A stretch of 64,000 nucleotides of DNA from Anthoceros angustus (Eukaryota; Plantae; Anthocerotophyta). The stretch covers positions 868,001 to 932,000 of the forward strand of contig VJWM01000117.1 in NCBI GenBank assembly GCA_010909165.1, read 5' to 3'. This document shows positions 30,906 through 43,250 of the stretch, piece by piece. How positions within the stretch are numbered: the stretch's first letter is position 1; each line of letters begins with the position of its first letter. The notes below the pieces were generated by a model that had not been told where the DNA came from, ran no database searches, and saw only the letters and a program-made list of their open reading frames with translations. The position numbers and the translations under genes are program-made.

Positions 30906-31929
30906 TGTGTCCGCGGTGGGGTAGCTTCTTTGTTTTCACGCTTGGGAGAGGGCCTGTTTGTTGTTGTGCTGCTAGACAGATTCATTGCAGCCCGCAGTAG
31001 AAGAACCATCTGCTGTCGTCACTGCTTCTCCGATTGACTTGCCTTTTTTTGCATGTCCTCTTCATGGTTGTGGTGGAGTGAAGCTAGATGTGGCAGGTTC
31101 CATGTAGTAGCAACGGCTTCACGGCAGTATCTGCCTCGTCCTGACAACATGCCGGTAGGTCAAGCACAAGGTGTCAATGCTAACTGCCCTGGCCATTCCA
31201 AGTTATTTCTGCTTTGACCTGTGAAACGCTTGACAAGCAACCTCACTTCAGGTGTGTGAAGATGATTAGCACACCCCCTCCCGGTGCACCGGTCTTGAAC
31301 CAGATTGTGTGCATTCGATGGGAGTGGATGACTTATTTTTTGTCACCAGAGCGGGAGGCTCTGATAAGTGTGCGAGAGTGAGTGAGTACATCACAGCTTC
31401 GCCTTTCCACTCTTCTGGTTTGGGTGGTGTTTCTAGTGCTGTGGCGTATTAGGCTTGGGTGGAGACTGATATCCTGGCCCAGAAGGGACTCTGCAGGTAT
31501 GGAAGGCATCCACAGACGGCAACTCATTCCATGAGCTGGGCAGGCTTGACGGTCAACTCAGCAGAGTCAATTCCAAGCTCAGAAAACATTGCAAATGAGT
31601 CACGTAGTTATAGTGCATCAATAATGCAAGGTTTTCTGAGCTTTGATTGACTCTGCTTAGTTGTTGCAATCATGGAGTACTACTGGGTTTGCTGTGTGTT
31701 GTTGGACAGAATACTCCACGATGCTTCATTTTTGGCTGCAGTTCTGAGGATGATTTTGTCCTGGGATGTCAGGATTCTGAAAGGTGGCCCACTTTCCCAT
31801 CCGCTTTCTGCATGTGGTGCTGATGATGAAGGTGTCTGGCAGCATGGCGTATGAGGTTTCCTTTCTTTGCTTTTGATGACCATGGCCTCAAATCTTGCAG
31901 GGTGGCTTGTTGTGAGGCTCCTCTAGAGC

Positions 31930-32835
31930 TCGGAAGCTGGACCAAGGTCTGTGAGCAGGGGGCATCTGAGGGAGGCAGTTGATGCATTGGACCTGCTGGT
32001 GCAACGGGTTTTGTTTGTTCCACCATGTCTCTTCTACAATGTGCTTAACAGGTGCACCGCAAGGAAGGATTTGGTGCTCGGCAGGCACGTCCATGCACTG
32101 TTTCCTAAATGTGGACATGAGTCCAACACATTTCTGGCCAACCACTTCATTCCTCTCATGGGAGGTTGCAGGAGGCGATGCAGGTGTTTCACAAGCTGGC
32201 ATGTGGAAGCCGAATGTGTTGGTCTCCAACTGTCTGGTAGGTGTGTATTCAAAATGTGGAAGCCTATTTGATGCTCGCCGCGAGTTTGAAAGCTTGCCCA
32301 CGAGAGATGTGGTGATATGGAATGCAATGATCTCTGGGTACACCCAACATCGGCTTGGTTAGGAAGCTCTTGTTCTTTATGCCAGCATGCAAGACGCCAC
32401 TGCCGCCACAAATTTCACTTACTCGTGCCTCCTGAAAGCGTGTGCGAGCGTTGGTGAATTGCAGCAGGGAAAGCAACTTCACTTCCGAATCCAGGGAAGC
32501 AGCCTGAAAGGTGATTTGGTCTCCGGGACTGAAGAGTGCAAATTTGCAGTTCCAAAAGGACGGAGGCCATGGTCCCACATACAGACCTTGAAAACTTGCT
32601 TTGCCATTTGGGCCACCAGACACTGCAGATAGCACACCTTGGCTCGTCACTGAACGAATCTTCGAATGTGTGATGGAACCACGATGTCTCGGGTTGAGAA
32701 ACGTGAGATGATAGTGCGAGATGCACACCATGCTTATGAGCATGTTTATCGCTTTGTCGTGAATTCACGACCTGGGACCACCACCCTCAATCGGACAATC
32801 GTGGAAGGATGCTGCTCTTGTGGCGATGGCCACGA
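31930..32835 (+). pseudogene. PLS-PPR gene remnant with DYW:KP-type deaminase domain
   Basis: GHLREAVDALDLLVQ..FYNVLNRCTARKDLVLGRHVH; VSNCLVGVYSKCGSLFDARREFESLPTRDVVIWNAMISGY; FTYSCLLKACASVGELQQGKQLH; then GHVPHTDL, STPWLVT, NLRMCD, MSRVEKREMIVRDAHH and EGCCSCGDGH. Contains a stop, frameshifts and large deletions. Confidence 0.8.
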
Positions 32836-34496
32836 GGCTTGTCTTGCTCCGTTGAACGAGCTGAAGTGTCTTCTTGTCTTTTCGGGCCCTCCCCTCAAAT
32901 CTATGCTTCGCGCTTCCGGGGGCTGAATTCAAAGAAAGGAAGAAAAACGGAATTATGCTAATTGGAACTATTCGACGAGTCGTGTGTCAGCTGGACACGA
33001 GACCGTCGCGTCGGTTGTCTCCTTCCCTTTGTGGCAGACAGCGCCACAATGGCCGCAGGAACAATGTGAGCACGGAAGCCCGCGGCTCGGTGTGACGAGC
33101 GCTGGCCACTCTTCACCTACGCGGCTCTGGCCTGCCACTGCTGGAACGCGCAAGCAGCTCTATCGTGTTATGTGATTGTTCCTTGCTTTTCCGACAGAGG
33201 AGGGAGCGTGTAGCTCACGATTCTCAGCTGTTGCTGCTGCAAGCATCTTGGACAAGCTCAGGAGTTGTCGGAAGCGCAGGAAATTGGATGTGGCCTGCTC
33301 TGCCGGCCTGCTTTGCCAAGAACTTGGTTACGGACAGTTACGGCTGCAGGAGCGGTGTGGTGGAATGCTCGGATAGACATTACGCTTCCGGGCTAGGTTT
33401 TTGGTTTCCATGTGTTCTCAGTCTTTGAATGTCTGTGCTCCACCCTGTGGCTTCCGCTCTGATGCCGCATCCGCACCTCACAAGTCATTCAGGAGTTAAA
33501 CGAGTGCAGTTCTGATTGTCTTTGTGGCCTGTCTGTTCCAAGTGATTCCTCAGGATCTTTGTGGTGAGAGTTGCGGGGTGTAGCTCAGGGACTGTGGTGT
33601 ACTGATGGTCAGTGGTCGCGAGCGATTCCAGTGTAGACACTGGTTCTTGTTCTGATTCGGTCAGAGAGGATTTGTCGTGCGTGCATGTCTAAAATTATGT
33701 TTCCTTCGCACCTGGTGAGGTAGGTAGGCCTTGGCTTGGCATTTGAATCGGTTTTTGGTGGCTGGCTCTTTCGTCCCTAGCAATGGAGCTGAGCGGAATT
33801 TCTCGGGCTCAGCTCCCTCGGTGCAGGACTTATGTTATTCCAGCTGGCACTGAAGTAGGGGTACCTTTTGTCACAAAGCATACAGGAAACATATGCAAAG
33901 TCGGCCCTCATAGAAACTCATTTGAAAAACATATATGGGGACCACCAGCACGCGCGAGACGACAAGGCTCCTCCCGCTTTGTACGTATTCTTCTGCCTTC
34001 AAACGTTCAAGGATTCAGAGTTACGCTTCTATAATGTCCGAGTCCTTGTCACTTATTTGTGGTCACAACGATAGTATTTGGGTTATAGATCCATCGTCGA
34101 GCTGATTATGAAGTTCTGGGAGCATATTGAAGTTGTTTGCTCACGCTGACTCCATCTTTATTCAGAAAACTTACAACAGAACCGGGTTCAGACCCATGAG
34201 CCTTGATCAAGAATGACAGATGGGACAGAAGGAGCTCTCGAGCACTCTGAGGTGGTTCTGCAAAAGCACAGGGGCTTAGCCGCTGACTGATGTCCGTTGC
34301 ACACATTACTTCATGCTAGGAATCTGAATCACTTGTCGACTCACTGGTCCATCTAACCTAAGCATGTTAATTTTACCCATTTGCTCTTCACATCTGTCTA
34401 CTGAATTTGAAGAGTCATGTTCACCATGGAGTAGTAGGAGGTGAGTCGTTTCGATACTTGATCCCATCTTCTAACACAGTGTGTTGATAATACAGG

Positions 34497-36428
34497 TCTG
34501 TGAAGCCATTCCAGTGCAAAAAGCGCCCAAGGCAGTAACGGTAACTTTTCCTTTGGAGGCTGTGCCAACAATTTCAGGTTACCTTCCTGTTAGCGACTCC
34601 AGCAGGTCCCAACTTTTCTACGTTTTCTATGAAGCAACAGATCCTCGGACCTCTCTTGTGGATGCCCCTCTCCTGCTCTGGCTTAATGGAGGCCCTGGGT
34701 GTTCAAGCCTTATTGGTTGCTTCTATGAACTTGGGCCATGGCGGTTTAGTAGAACCGGAAGTTTGCACCACAATGAATGGGCCTGGAATAACAGGTGTGT
34801 CTGGCTGTCAGACCGTTTTTTCGTTGTCGCCTGCTCGTTCTTCTACAACTTCATGGCTGATATGCTGGTCAAGTGGTTGCTTACTGACTGCTCCATCACA
34901 TTTGCAAGCGTTGCAGGTATGGAGTGCTATTTGTCGACAGTCCTGTTGGGACAGGTTTCAGCATTGCATCTTCTGATGATGATGTCCCAAAGGATCAGCA
35001 TACTGTAGCAGCCCATCTCCACCATGCGCTGTCTTCCTTTATCGCTGAAAATCCTTCATTTGAGCTGAGACCCCTTTTTTGGCCGGAGAAAGCTATGCCG
35101 GGAAGTATGTCCCGTCTCTTGCTCATTATCTGATAAACCATCCACAGCCTAAGAATCGGCACAATGTTGGCGCCCAACTTATGGGAATAGTTGTTGGAAA
35201 TGGGTTGACGCATCCACGGAGTCAGGTGATTTTGATGTCCTCTCTCCTTCTATTAAGTAGCCCTCTGAATGGCCGTCTTCACTTCTCTGTCACCCTAGTG
35301 GCAGTGTTCACGTCTATGATTCGGATTGCAGGTACAATCCCATTCAGATGTTGCTTACTGTTTCGGTCTACTTGATCAGCCACAAAAAGCACAATGCCAA
35401 AGTATGGCTGAAGAGGTTGTAGCCCTAATTGACAGGTAGATAAATCTTTCCATGGCTCTTCACGTCAAGCTCTGCGTGAATGTTGGGAACCCGCACATAA
35501 ACTCCTGTTGAGCACGTGCCTGTTTCACCTTTTCCAGGGAGAGTGGCTGAAAGCCCATGAAGCCCGAACTGCACTCGTTCAGTGGATAGAGGAAACAAGT
35601 GGGATAGCAACACTACTGGATGTCCGTCGGCTAACAAAATACCATCATTTGGAGGTAAGTTTGATATCCAGCAATATGCTGTTCTACCCAGTTGTCAAGG
35701 CAGGTGAAGTTTTGTTGAATATTGTTTACTGTTTTGGCCCTTATCACAGGATGGCAGCGAGTACTTGGCGAAATTTCTTAATGAAGCCAACGTGAAGACC
35801 CTTTTGAAAGCTGATCCTGCAGTAACGTGGGTCAGCTGTAAACAATCCATTCGTAGCTTGATGGCTGAGGTTAGTCTTCCTGTCATGCGATCTGTCTGGG
35901 CGGTGCATTTTTGATGGGTGTGTACTCACATCAGACACCTACCTTTGCAGGATACCATGAAATCTACCAAACAGCTAGTGGAAGACATTTTGGAAGCAGG
36001 GTATCCTGTTTTGTTATTTCAGGGACAGTATGATGCCAAAGATGGTCCATGTGGGTCCGAAGCATGGATGAGGATGCTTAATTGGCAGCATGGTGAACGG
36101 TTTTGGGCACAAACAAGAGAAATCTGGAGGGTGAATGGGGCACATGCCGGTTACTGGAGGCAGAACCAGAACCTCACACATGTTGTCTTTAGAGGGGCCG
36201 GACATCAGGTATAAAGGCGCTCCACTCATCGTACGCATTGCAGACTTTTGTGACTCTATGCCAGATGTTTAGGATACTCAGCATGGAAATGTCCCTAGTG
36301 TCACAGTCGGCTTGCCTCGTTCTTCGTGACCGCAGGTTCCACACGACCAGCCGCAGTCATCCCTGGTTATGATTGAGACGTGGGTTGATCAGCAACTAAA
36401 AGCCAAACAGAGGCGTGCTTTACTGTGA
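34497..36428 (+). CDS. SCPL: Serine carboxypeptidase-like (SCPL50/CPVL-type), multi-exon; first exon not located
   Basis: WLNGGPGCSS, LFVDSPVGTGFS, GESYAGKYVP (catalytic Ser), QGQYDAKD (Asp) and GAGHQVPHDQP (His). One 1-bp T-run frameshift lies at ~35075. Confidence 0.9.
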
Positions 36429-36775
36429 AAGAGGGTCTTGCTCGATGGACCCAATTTGGTGAGACACAACTCCAGTTTGTCCCCAAGTAGTCTGGAGCAG
36501 AAGTTGTGCATCTATTCTTGGGGTTAGAGATGGCGTTTGAGTTCATCTCAATTTCGAACTCTGCCATCATAATTAAAGACAAACCCAAACTAAGTAAAGT
36601 CATCAGCTTAAACTACAGCAAAGCTTTCATTTCAGCCCGCAACAAAGCTTGCCCCCAAAAGACTGTCCAATTGCTCGGCAAAAAGAAAAACTATCAATGG
36701 CACAGGCGACCAGGTCCATCAAGAAGTTCAGTCACGAACCAGGACACGGGTGAAACAGCTGTCGTTACTCCAGGG

Positions 36776-38718
36776 TTAGTGCTTAAACGACTGCTGCGAA
36801 GAATGCTTCACAAACCACTCTCCAAAAGGTGACGGTCTGCGGAGAAGAGCTCGTCGGCAAGACGCGTAGAGTTGAGCGGAATCCTGTCATGACAATCACG
36901 TTCACTGAGTGAGGGAGCTGGAGAGAAGCACAATGTGAAGTGCGGGTGAACCTAGTTGTGTATTCAAATGCAACCTTCATCTCCTGGTAGGCAGAATCAC
37001 AGAAGTCTGTACGAGACAAGAAGTGCGGCATGAGCGAAAGGAAACAGGAAAGAAGCTGTCTCCTGCACAGTAAGCAGCGTGTGAGTTCAGTGTTCATAAC
37101 AACTCCAGCAGCCCTTGTGACAAAAGTTGCATCCACTTCACCGGCATTCCATGAGCCACAGTGAGGAGAGTTTACTTGCAAATCTTCGATTGAGTAGCAG
37201 GAGAAAGTGCACCCTTGGACGATGTTCCTTGCTTCCGCCCGGTAGTTCCCAGGATCACATCATGCAAACCTGCCTTGTTCCAACTTATGGAGTACCTGAA
37301 CCAAGCAACCCAGCCAGCAAGCAAGCGATATGACATGAATAAAACATCGCCCGTCAAGAAGTACAGGTACAACAGCACAATCCAAGGTTGTGTGCGACTA
37401 GACCCGACCCGCAGGTTGGAACCAAGCAGTTACCGACAGGCTGCCGGAACTCGCTGGGAGCCAGGGGGGCCTTGAAGGTAGCCGGCTGAATCAGCTTGAA
37501 AGGAGCAAGAAAGGTGTCGGCAAAAGGAACAAGACGGCCATGAACAGCTCGCTTCAATGCTTCCAACGCAAGCCGGCTACACTCGGAGTCCGGACCGTGC
37601 AGACCATTGCCAGAGCACCCATCCACAGCCACTGATATGGACGAAAGATATATAGGCTCCGCGACGAAGTGCATGAGAAGAGCTCCTGTCCACACCAATT
37701 CCAAGCTCTTTGCTTCACAGAGCATTTCAAACACCAGACGAACCACCACAGCACACAGAACAGCACCAAACCCCGACGCAAACGGATCGCAAAATCAAAG
37801 CTCCAACCTTGCAGGCCAAGCACATTCCAGCGCGCAATCTTATCACTGCAGCTCATGCACAGAGTGGTCTCTCCACGCCCCGGCTTCCTGCGCACCACTC
37901 CCGTCTCCTGACACGCAGATGTCGACGCTGCACCATAGCCGAGGCATCCACAGCAGGGAAATATGCAAGCATCCCCGCACGGCAACTGGCTGATGTAGAG
38001 ATGGAACCGCAGTCCTCGCCGCAGCCTACACCCGCTCCTCTGCCCTTGCTCCGCAGTCTCCACAAGCTCGAAAATGGATCCGCCATCGCCGTCACACAAG
38101 CGCTCGATCTCCGAATAGAAATACCTGCCGCCGCACCAGCAACGAATTTAGACTCCCGCCTCCTGTCCCTCCTCCTCCTCCAGCTTCCTGCTTCACGACC
38201 CGACCGCAGCATCAGCGAAGATCAAGAGAAGAAAATTCCCACCGGAGCAGAGCCCGGCGGGCTATCACTTCCGCGTGCGAGTCGTGAACCACGTCTCCAA
38301 GCTCGCTCAGACGCGACCACCCGAGGCACTTGGTTCCGGTTCCCAGAGTCACCACCTCCACCGAGCCTGAGTCGTGCGGGTCGCGGTTTGAGACGTGGTT
38401 GGAGACGCTGTTGGAGTCCAGGTTGGAGACGCTTGATGAGTCGTGGGAGTCGCGGTTGGAGACGTGGTTGGAGACGTCGTTGCCCTCTCTAGACCTCTGC
38501 TCAGTCGTTGGCTTGGCGGAGACGCTGTTGGCGACGCTGGTGGAGACGCTGCGGGGGGACCCGGGGTTGGAGACGCTCGAGTCGTGGGAGTCGCGGGACA
38601 GAAGGAAGGCGGCCAGGACGGTGATCTCCTTGCCCTGCGGTTTGCCCTTGTTCGGCAGGGATCGGTATCGCTCGAGCGCGAGGCGAGCCACAGTGGTGCC
38701 CCAGAGCTCTGCGGCCAT
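36776..38718 (-). CDS. TAD1: tRNA-specific adenosine deaminase 1 (ADAT1/TAD1)
   Basis: [40 protein letters not shown] (HAE), [53 protein letters not shown] and C-terminal FGEWFVK..*. Confidence 0.92.
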
Positions 38719-39426
38719 GGCGGCTGCCTCGGCGGCTGCTGTCGCGTTTATTCTCCTGCTCCTGCTGGCTTCCGGTGCGGATTGCGCGGCATCCAGGCAG
38801 CAGCAGCAGCAGCAAGACGGGGCGGCTACCTGGTTGAGGGCCGGGTGCGGGTGGAGGCCTTAGCCGACAAGGTAGCGGCTTCCGTCAAGCTTCTGCTGAA
38901 CGGGGGCCAACGGGTGACATTTCTGCAGCCAGACGGCTACTTCGCCTTCCATGGCGTGCCTCCGGGAACCCATCTCCTGGAGGTTGCGGCGCCGGGATAC
39001 TCCTTTGCCCCGGTGCGGCTGGATGTGAGCGAGAGGCTTCGGGGAGATGTGCATGCCATCTACACCGAGACTCGGCGGATCCTGCCGGACCCTCTGCTGC
39101 TGGATCCGGCTCAGGTGGAGCAGTACTACGAGAAGCGGGAGCCGTTTTCTGTGCTGGGTCTGCTCAAGAGCCCCATGGGGCTCATGGTTGGCTTCATGGG
39201 TTTGGCAGTGTTCGTTTTGCCTAAGCTTATGGACAGCGTGGGTGGGTATTGCTTAGCTTTCGATGGTGTCTGGATCGGGTGCATGCCACAAACCCTAGTC
39301 ACGGATCTCACTCTCGCTTGTTTCGTTGTGTGATCAGATCCAGAGGAGATGAAGAGAGTACAGGAGGAGTTGCGGAACAGGCCGGCCCCATCCTTTAGCA
39401 ACCTTCTACAAGGACGAAGCTCTTGA
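38717..39426 (+). CDS. EMC7: ER membrane protein complex subunit 7
   Basis: Signal peptide [20 protein letters not shown]; VKLLLNGGQRVTFLQPDGYFAFHGVPPGTHLLEV..GY.FAPVRLDVS; QYYEKREPFSVLGLLKSPMGLMVGF..LPKLM|DPEEMK. One intron and one G-run frameshift at ~38820. Confidence 0.9.
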
Positions 39427-40255
39427 CACATGACAAGACCCACCTGTGTTGCTCACCCCTGTGTTTGTGCAAGGGAAGGGATGGTTTGAGGCATCCAGTA
39501 CTTTGTATGAATTGTGGGATTGGATCCCCCACATCCACATCGGGTTTCGACGAATTCTTTTCCTGGAATTTCTCGTCTCCAGGATACTGTGGTATGTTTG
39601 ATACAGGCTTTGTTCGTGACGACGTGCCAACCCTGGGGACATCGTGGCATCACAGGCCAGAGTATGTAGGCTCGACGGGCTGCAGTGCTTACATTCGTAA
39701 ATTGTTATCTGTATCAGCATTGCAGCTACAGTACAAACGATGTTGGACTGGACATGATAATATGTACTGTTCACTACATGGAATGAACCTGTCCACACAG
39801 AAGTGTTTACAAAAGTTGTTCATCCTTGAATGAGGCGCATCCCTCCGAAAAAGAAGTTTTGGAGGCTTTCCTTGTCTACTCCCAGAGATACCCTTCAGCC
39901 AGTTATTACCCGGTCAGACTCTGCTGGCAGCGATTCCTTCCCAATGAGGGGCGGAACTCAAGCCACGAGGCCTTTTTCGACTGCCTGGGACAGGTTCATA
40001 TGAAACCAGTACATATTTAATGAGTGGACTGTTTGCGTACGCCACCACCAGCTGGTCATGGGCTGCCAGGATTCCTTTCCTTAATCACAGTGATTATGGG
40101 TCTGTAATTGGGATGCACACAACGTGCGAGTCTTCACGCAATTATTGGTAGAGTCAAGTGGGCTCGTCTTGTGGGGAAGATGTGATACATATTCCAGCAT
40201 TCCAAATCGTTTTGTTCCTTTCTCTCAGTTCTCCAGCGGAGTGGAGATTCTGGCG

Positions 40256-43250
40256 ATGGCGGATTTGGAGCAGCCCCTGCTGCGTACCAAAAAGGTGTTC
40301 CCCGACTGCCCTGGATGCAAAGTTGCCCAGCGAGTAGCCGCCAGTAAATCTCCTCCGTATTCGCAGCTGCTCTTTGTGGCCCTCATCATCTTCTGCAATG
40401 GTGAGCACCTCTGTCCGCAGAATGTGTGGGATCTGGCAATCGATGCCAGCAGCTGTGAAGCTCATGCTGATCCGTGCCGATATCGTGCTTTACTGCAGCA
40501 ATGCCCACTACCTCCCTGTTCCCTTATGTCTACTTCATGGTACAGTTTCCTACCGCCCACTTGGAGCAAGTCTTGCACATTGCTGTCAGTGTTTCATGAT
40601 TGAGTTGATGCAGGTCAAGGATTTCAACGTCGCTGGAAGAGACGAAGATATTGGTATCTACGCTGGATTGTTAGGTATGCCGTCCCAGTCCATTGGCTCC
40701 GAGCTGCTGCCAGCCCTTTCCTGTTCTGTGCTGTGCTGCGCTTTGCTGAGAATGCAATGCTGGGTGGCCTCCAGGCTCGTCATTCATGTTCGGGAGGTTC
40801 TTGAGCTCCTGGCAGTGGGGCATTTGGTCTGACAAATATGGCAGGAGGCCCATCATCCTCATAGGTCTCGCTTCCATGTGAGTGCAGCAGTCCAGCTGTA
40901 TTCCTTAATGCCTTGCGGATTTCCACCAGGAAGGAATATAACCGACGGCAAATGCTGGTGCAGAGCTATTTTTAACTTGCTGTTTGGAGCAAGCTCCAAT
41001 TACTGGATGGCCCTCACCTGCCGCCTGCTACTCGGTCTCCTCAATGGCTCGTTTGGGCCCGCGAAGGTGGGAGAATCTGATGAACCGGTTGCTTCGACTT
41101 TTGCACATTGACTTATATCAGAAGGCATTTCAACGGAAGGTGCTTATTGCGCAGGTCTTCGCATCGGAGGTTTGCAATGATCAGCAGCAAGCCCTCAGTG
41201 TGTCAGTTGTGAGTAATCCAACCCAGTTCTTCGTCTGCTGGTTTTGCGTGTTTCCGTCCAGAAGTTATAGTGTTCATGGCTGCCGAGCTGATCCCGTCAG
41301 ATAAGAGACCGTCCGTCCTTACTTGCGTGACTGTGCAGGTAGGTACGTCATGGGGCCTAGGCTTAATCGTTGGCCCTGCGATTGGGGGATATCTCGCACG
41401 GGTGAGCTAGGCTGCTGGGTTGTCGAAGGTTGCTGCACACTCCCGTCTCTGGTCGTCATTCCGCCCATTTGTTTGTAAGACATCTCGTATGGGACGCTTG
41501 TGCAGCCATCTTTGAGCTATCCTGACCTGTTCCCTCCCGGCTCCTTCTTCGATCGGTAAGTCACACTGATCCAAGACCTGCCAGCGAGCTTTGCCAGGGA
41601 ATGGAGCTCACCACGGTCTGTTGTGCAGTGCAGCTACCCATATCTGCTGCCCTCTATTGTCGCCGCTGTTACTGCTACCGTGGGAGCCATCATAACAACT
41701 CAGCTTCCAGTTACGTTGTCCTCCAGACTCAGTACCGTCTTCCAGACTAGAATGCAGATTGATGCTAGTTGTTTCTGAAGTGATTAAACTGTGCAGGAGA
41801 CCCTCCATTTCCATGAAGATGCACCCAAGCTTGCCGTTACCTACGATGATGTAGGAAAGACGGAAGCCGCAGGGTTCAATGACGAGGACATTGTCCCGGT
41901 TTCAGACGCCCAAATCGTGGAACATTCACCACCTAAGGTGAAGAAATCGGCATGGGCTTTGTTCAAGAACTACCCATTGCTGGCTTCGATTTATGTCTTC
42001 TCCATATGGGCGCTGTTCGAGGTTTCCTTCACAGAAGTAGGTCAATTCCACTCCCGCCTTGCCACATTGTCTGCCTGCTGTGGACTTGGCAAGCTTGGCA
42101 TTAAAGTACCTTGCTCTTCAGTGTTTTTCTTTCTGGGCACTGAGTCCAAAAAATATTGGAGGGCTGGGTTTTACATCCGTTCAAGTTGGAAACATTTTAA
42201 CCGTCTCAGGTACAGCCACCTACCTGCTGCTGTTTCTGTTTTTCAACTATGCTTGGTCTATATCTGAAGCCACTGTTCGATCCGCGTGTGCTAGGTTTTG
42301 GGTTGCTGTTTTGGCAGCTTTTTGTCTTCCCTCCTGTAACCAATTACCTTGGACCCAGTAAAGTCATTCGATTATCTGCTGTAAGACTCCTTGTTGTCAG
42401 GTTGCTGTTCTTCTGCTGTAAACTGTGGCATGTTAGTTTCTGGCTTGTTTGTGGCATCTCATCTAACATTGCCACGGTCTACATTTGTTTTCTGCTGTTG
42501 AAATCCGCTGCTTGTAACATTGCTCAATGGATGCAGCTTCTAGCATTGCCCACGATGGTTTTATTTCCGCTGGCAGGCCAACTGGTGGGCGTCCCTACGT
42601 TCCTACTCATTCTTTTGATATCACTGTACAAGAATATCGCATCGGTGAGGACCCTCATTTACAGCAGAGTGTCCATTCCTAGCAGCAAAGTTGTCATTTG
42701 GAACCGAGCATCTGAGGCTGTGTCATCGCTTTCCTCGCTTCTGTGATAGACTTCAACCATGGACGGAGCATTTCTACTCGTCAACAATGCTGTGGTAACT
42801 GATCTCGATCTGACCAATCTGGTGCATGCCGTGCAGCTTCTCTAGCGCTTGCATCCTGAACCCATGCCATGTGGCTTTTCCTATGATCAGAAACCGAGTG
42901 AAAGAGGTGCAGCAAACGGTCTAGCAGTCAGTACGATGGCTTTGACGACTACCATCGCTCCAGAGACTGGAGGGCTACTGTACGTGGTTCTTGATCACAG
43001 GCTTGTGACAGAATTTTATGGAAGCATGTACTTGGGTCGTAATTTAGTGATCTCGTGTCGTCTTGGCGCAGGTTCTCTTGGGCTCTGAGTCGAAATTCTG
43101 ATTTCCTCCCTGGTACAGTGAAGACTTCATTACCCTTAAGCTTCCCAGTCTATCATGAATTTGTTTTCGGGGCCAGCATGATATCATTTTTACAGTGATG
43201 ATCATCTGTCATGGCTGTGCAGGACCTTCTCTCGTCTTTTTTGTCTTGGG
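40256..43250 (+). CDS. ZIFL: Zinc-induced facilitator-like MFS transporter, many exons; 3' end approximate
   Basis: PDCPGCK, SLFPYVYFM, DEDIGIYAG, WGIWSDKYGRRPII, LLGLLNGSFGPAK, WGLGLIVGPAIGGYLA, ETLH, GGLGFTS and ERGAANG. Confidence 0.88.

Noticed and set aside
30305-31037. Overlapping long ORFs on both strands as real genes
   Set aside because: They result from stop-codon scarcity in a GC-rich repeat; no recognisable domain is present.
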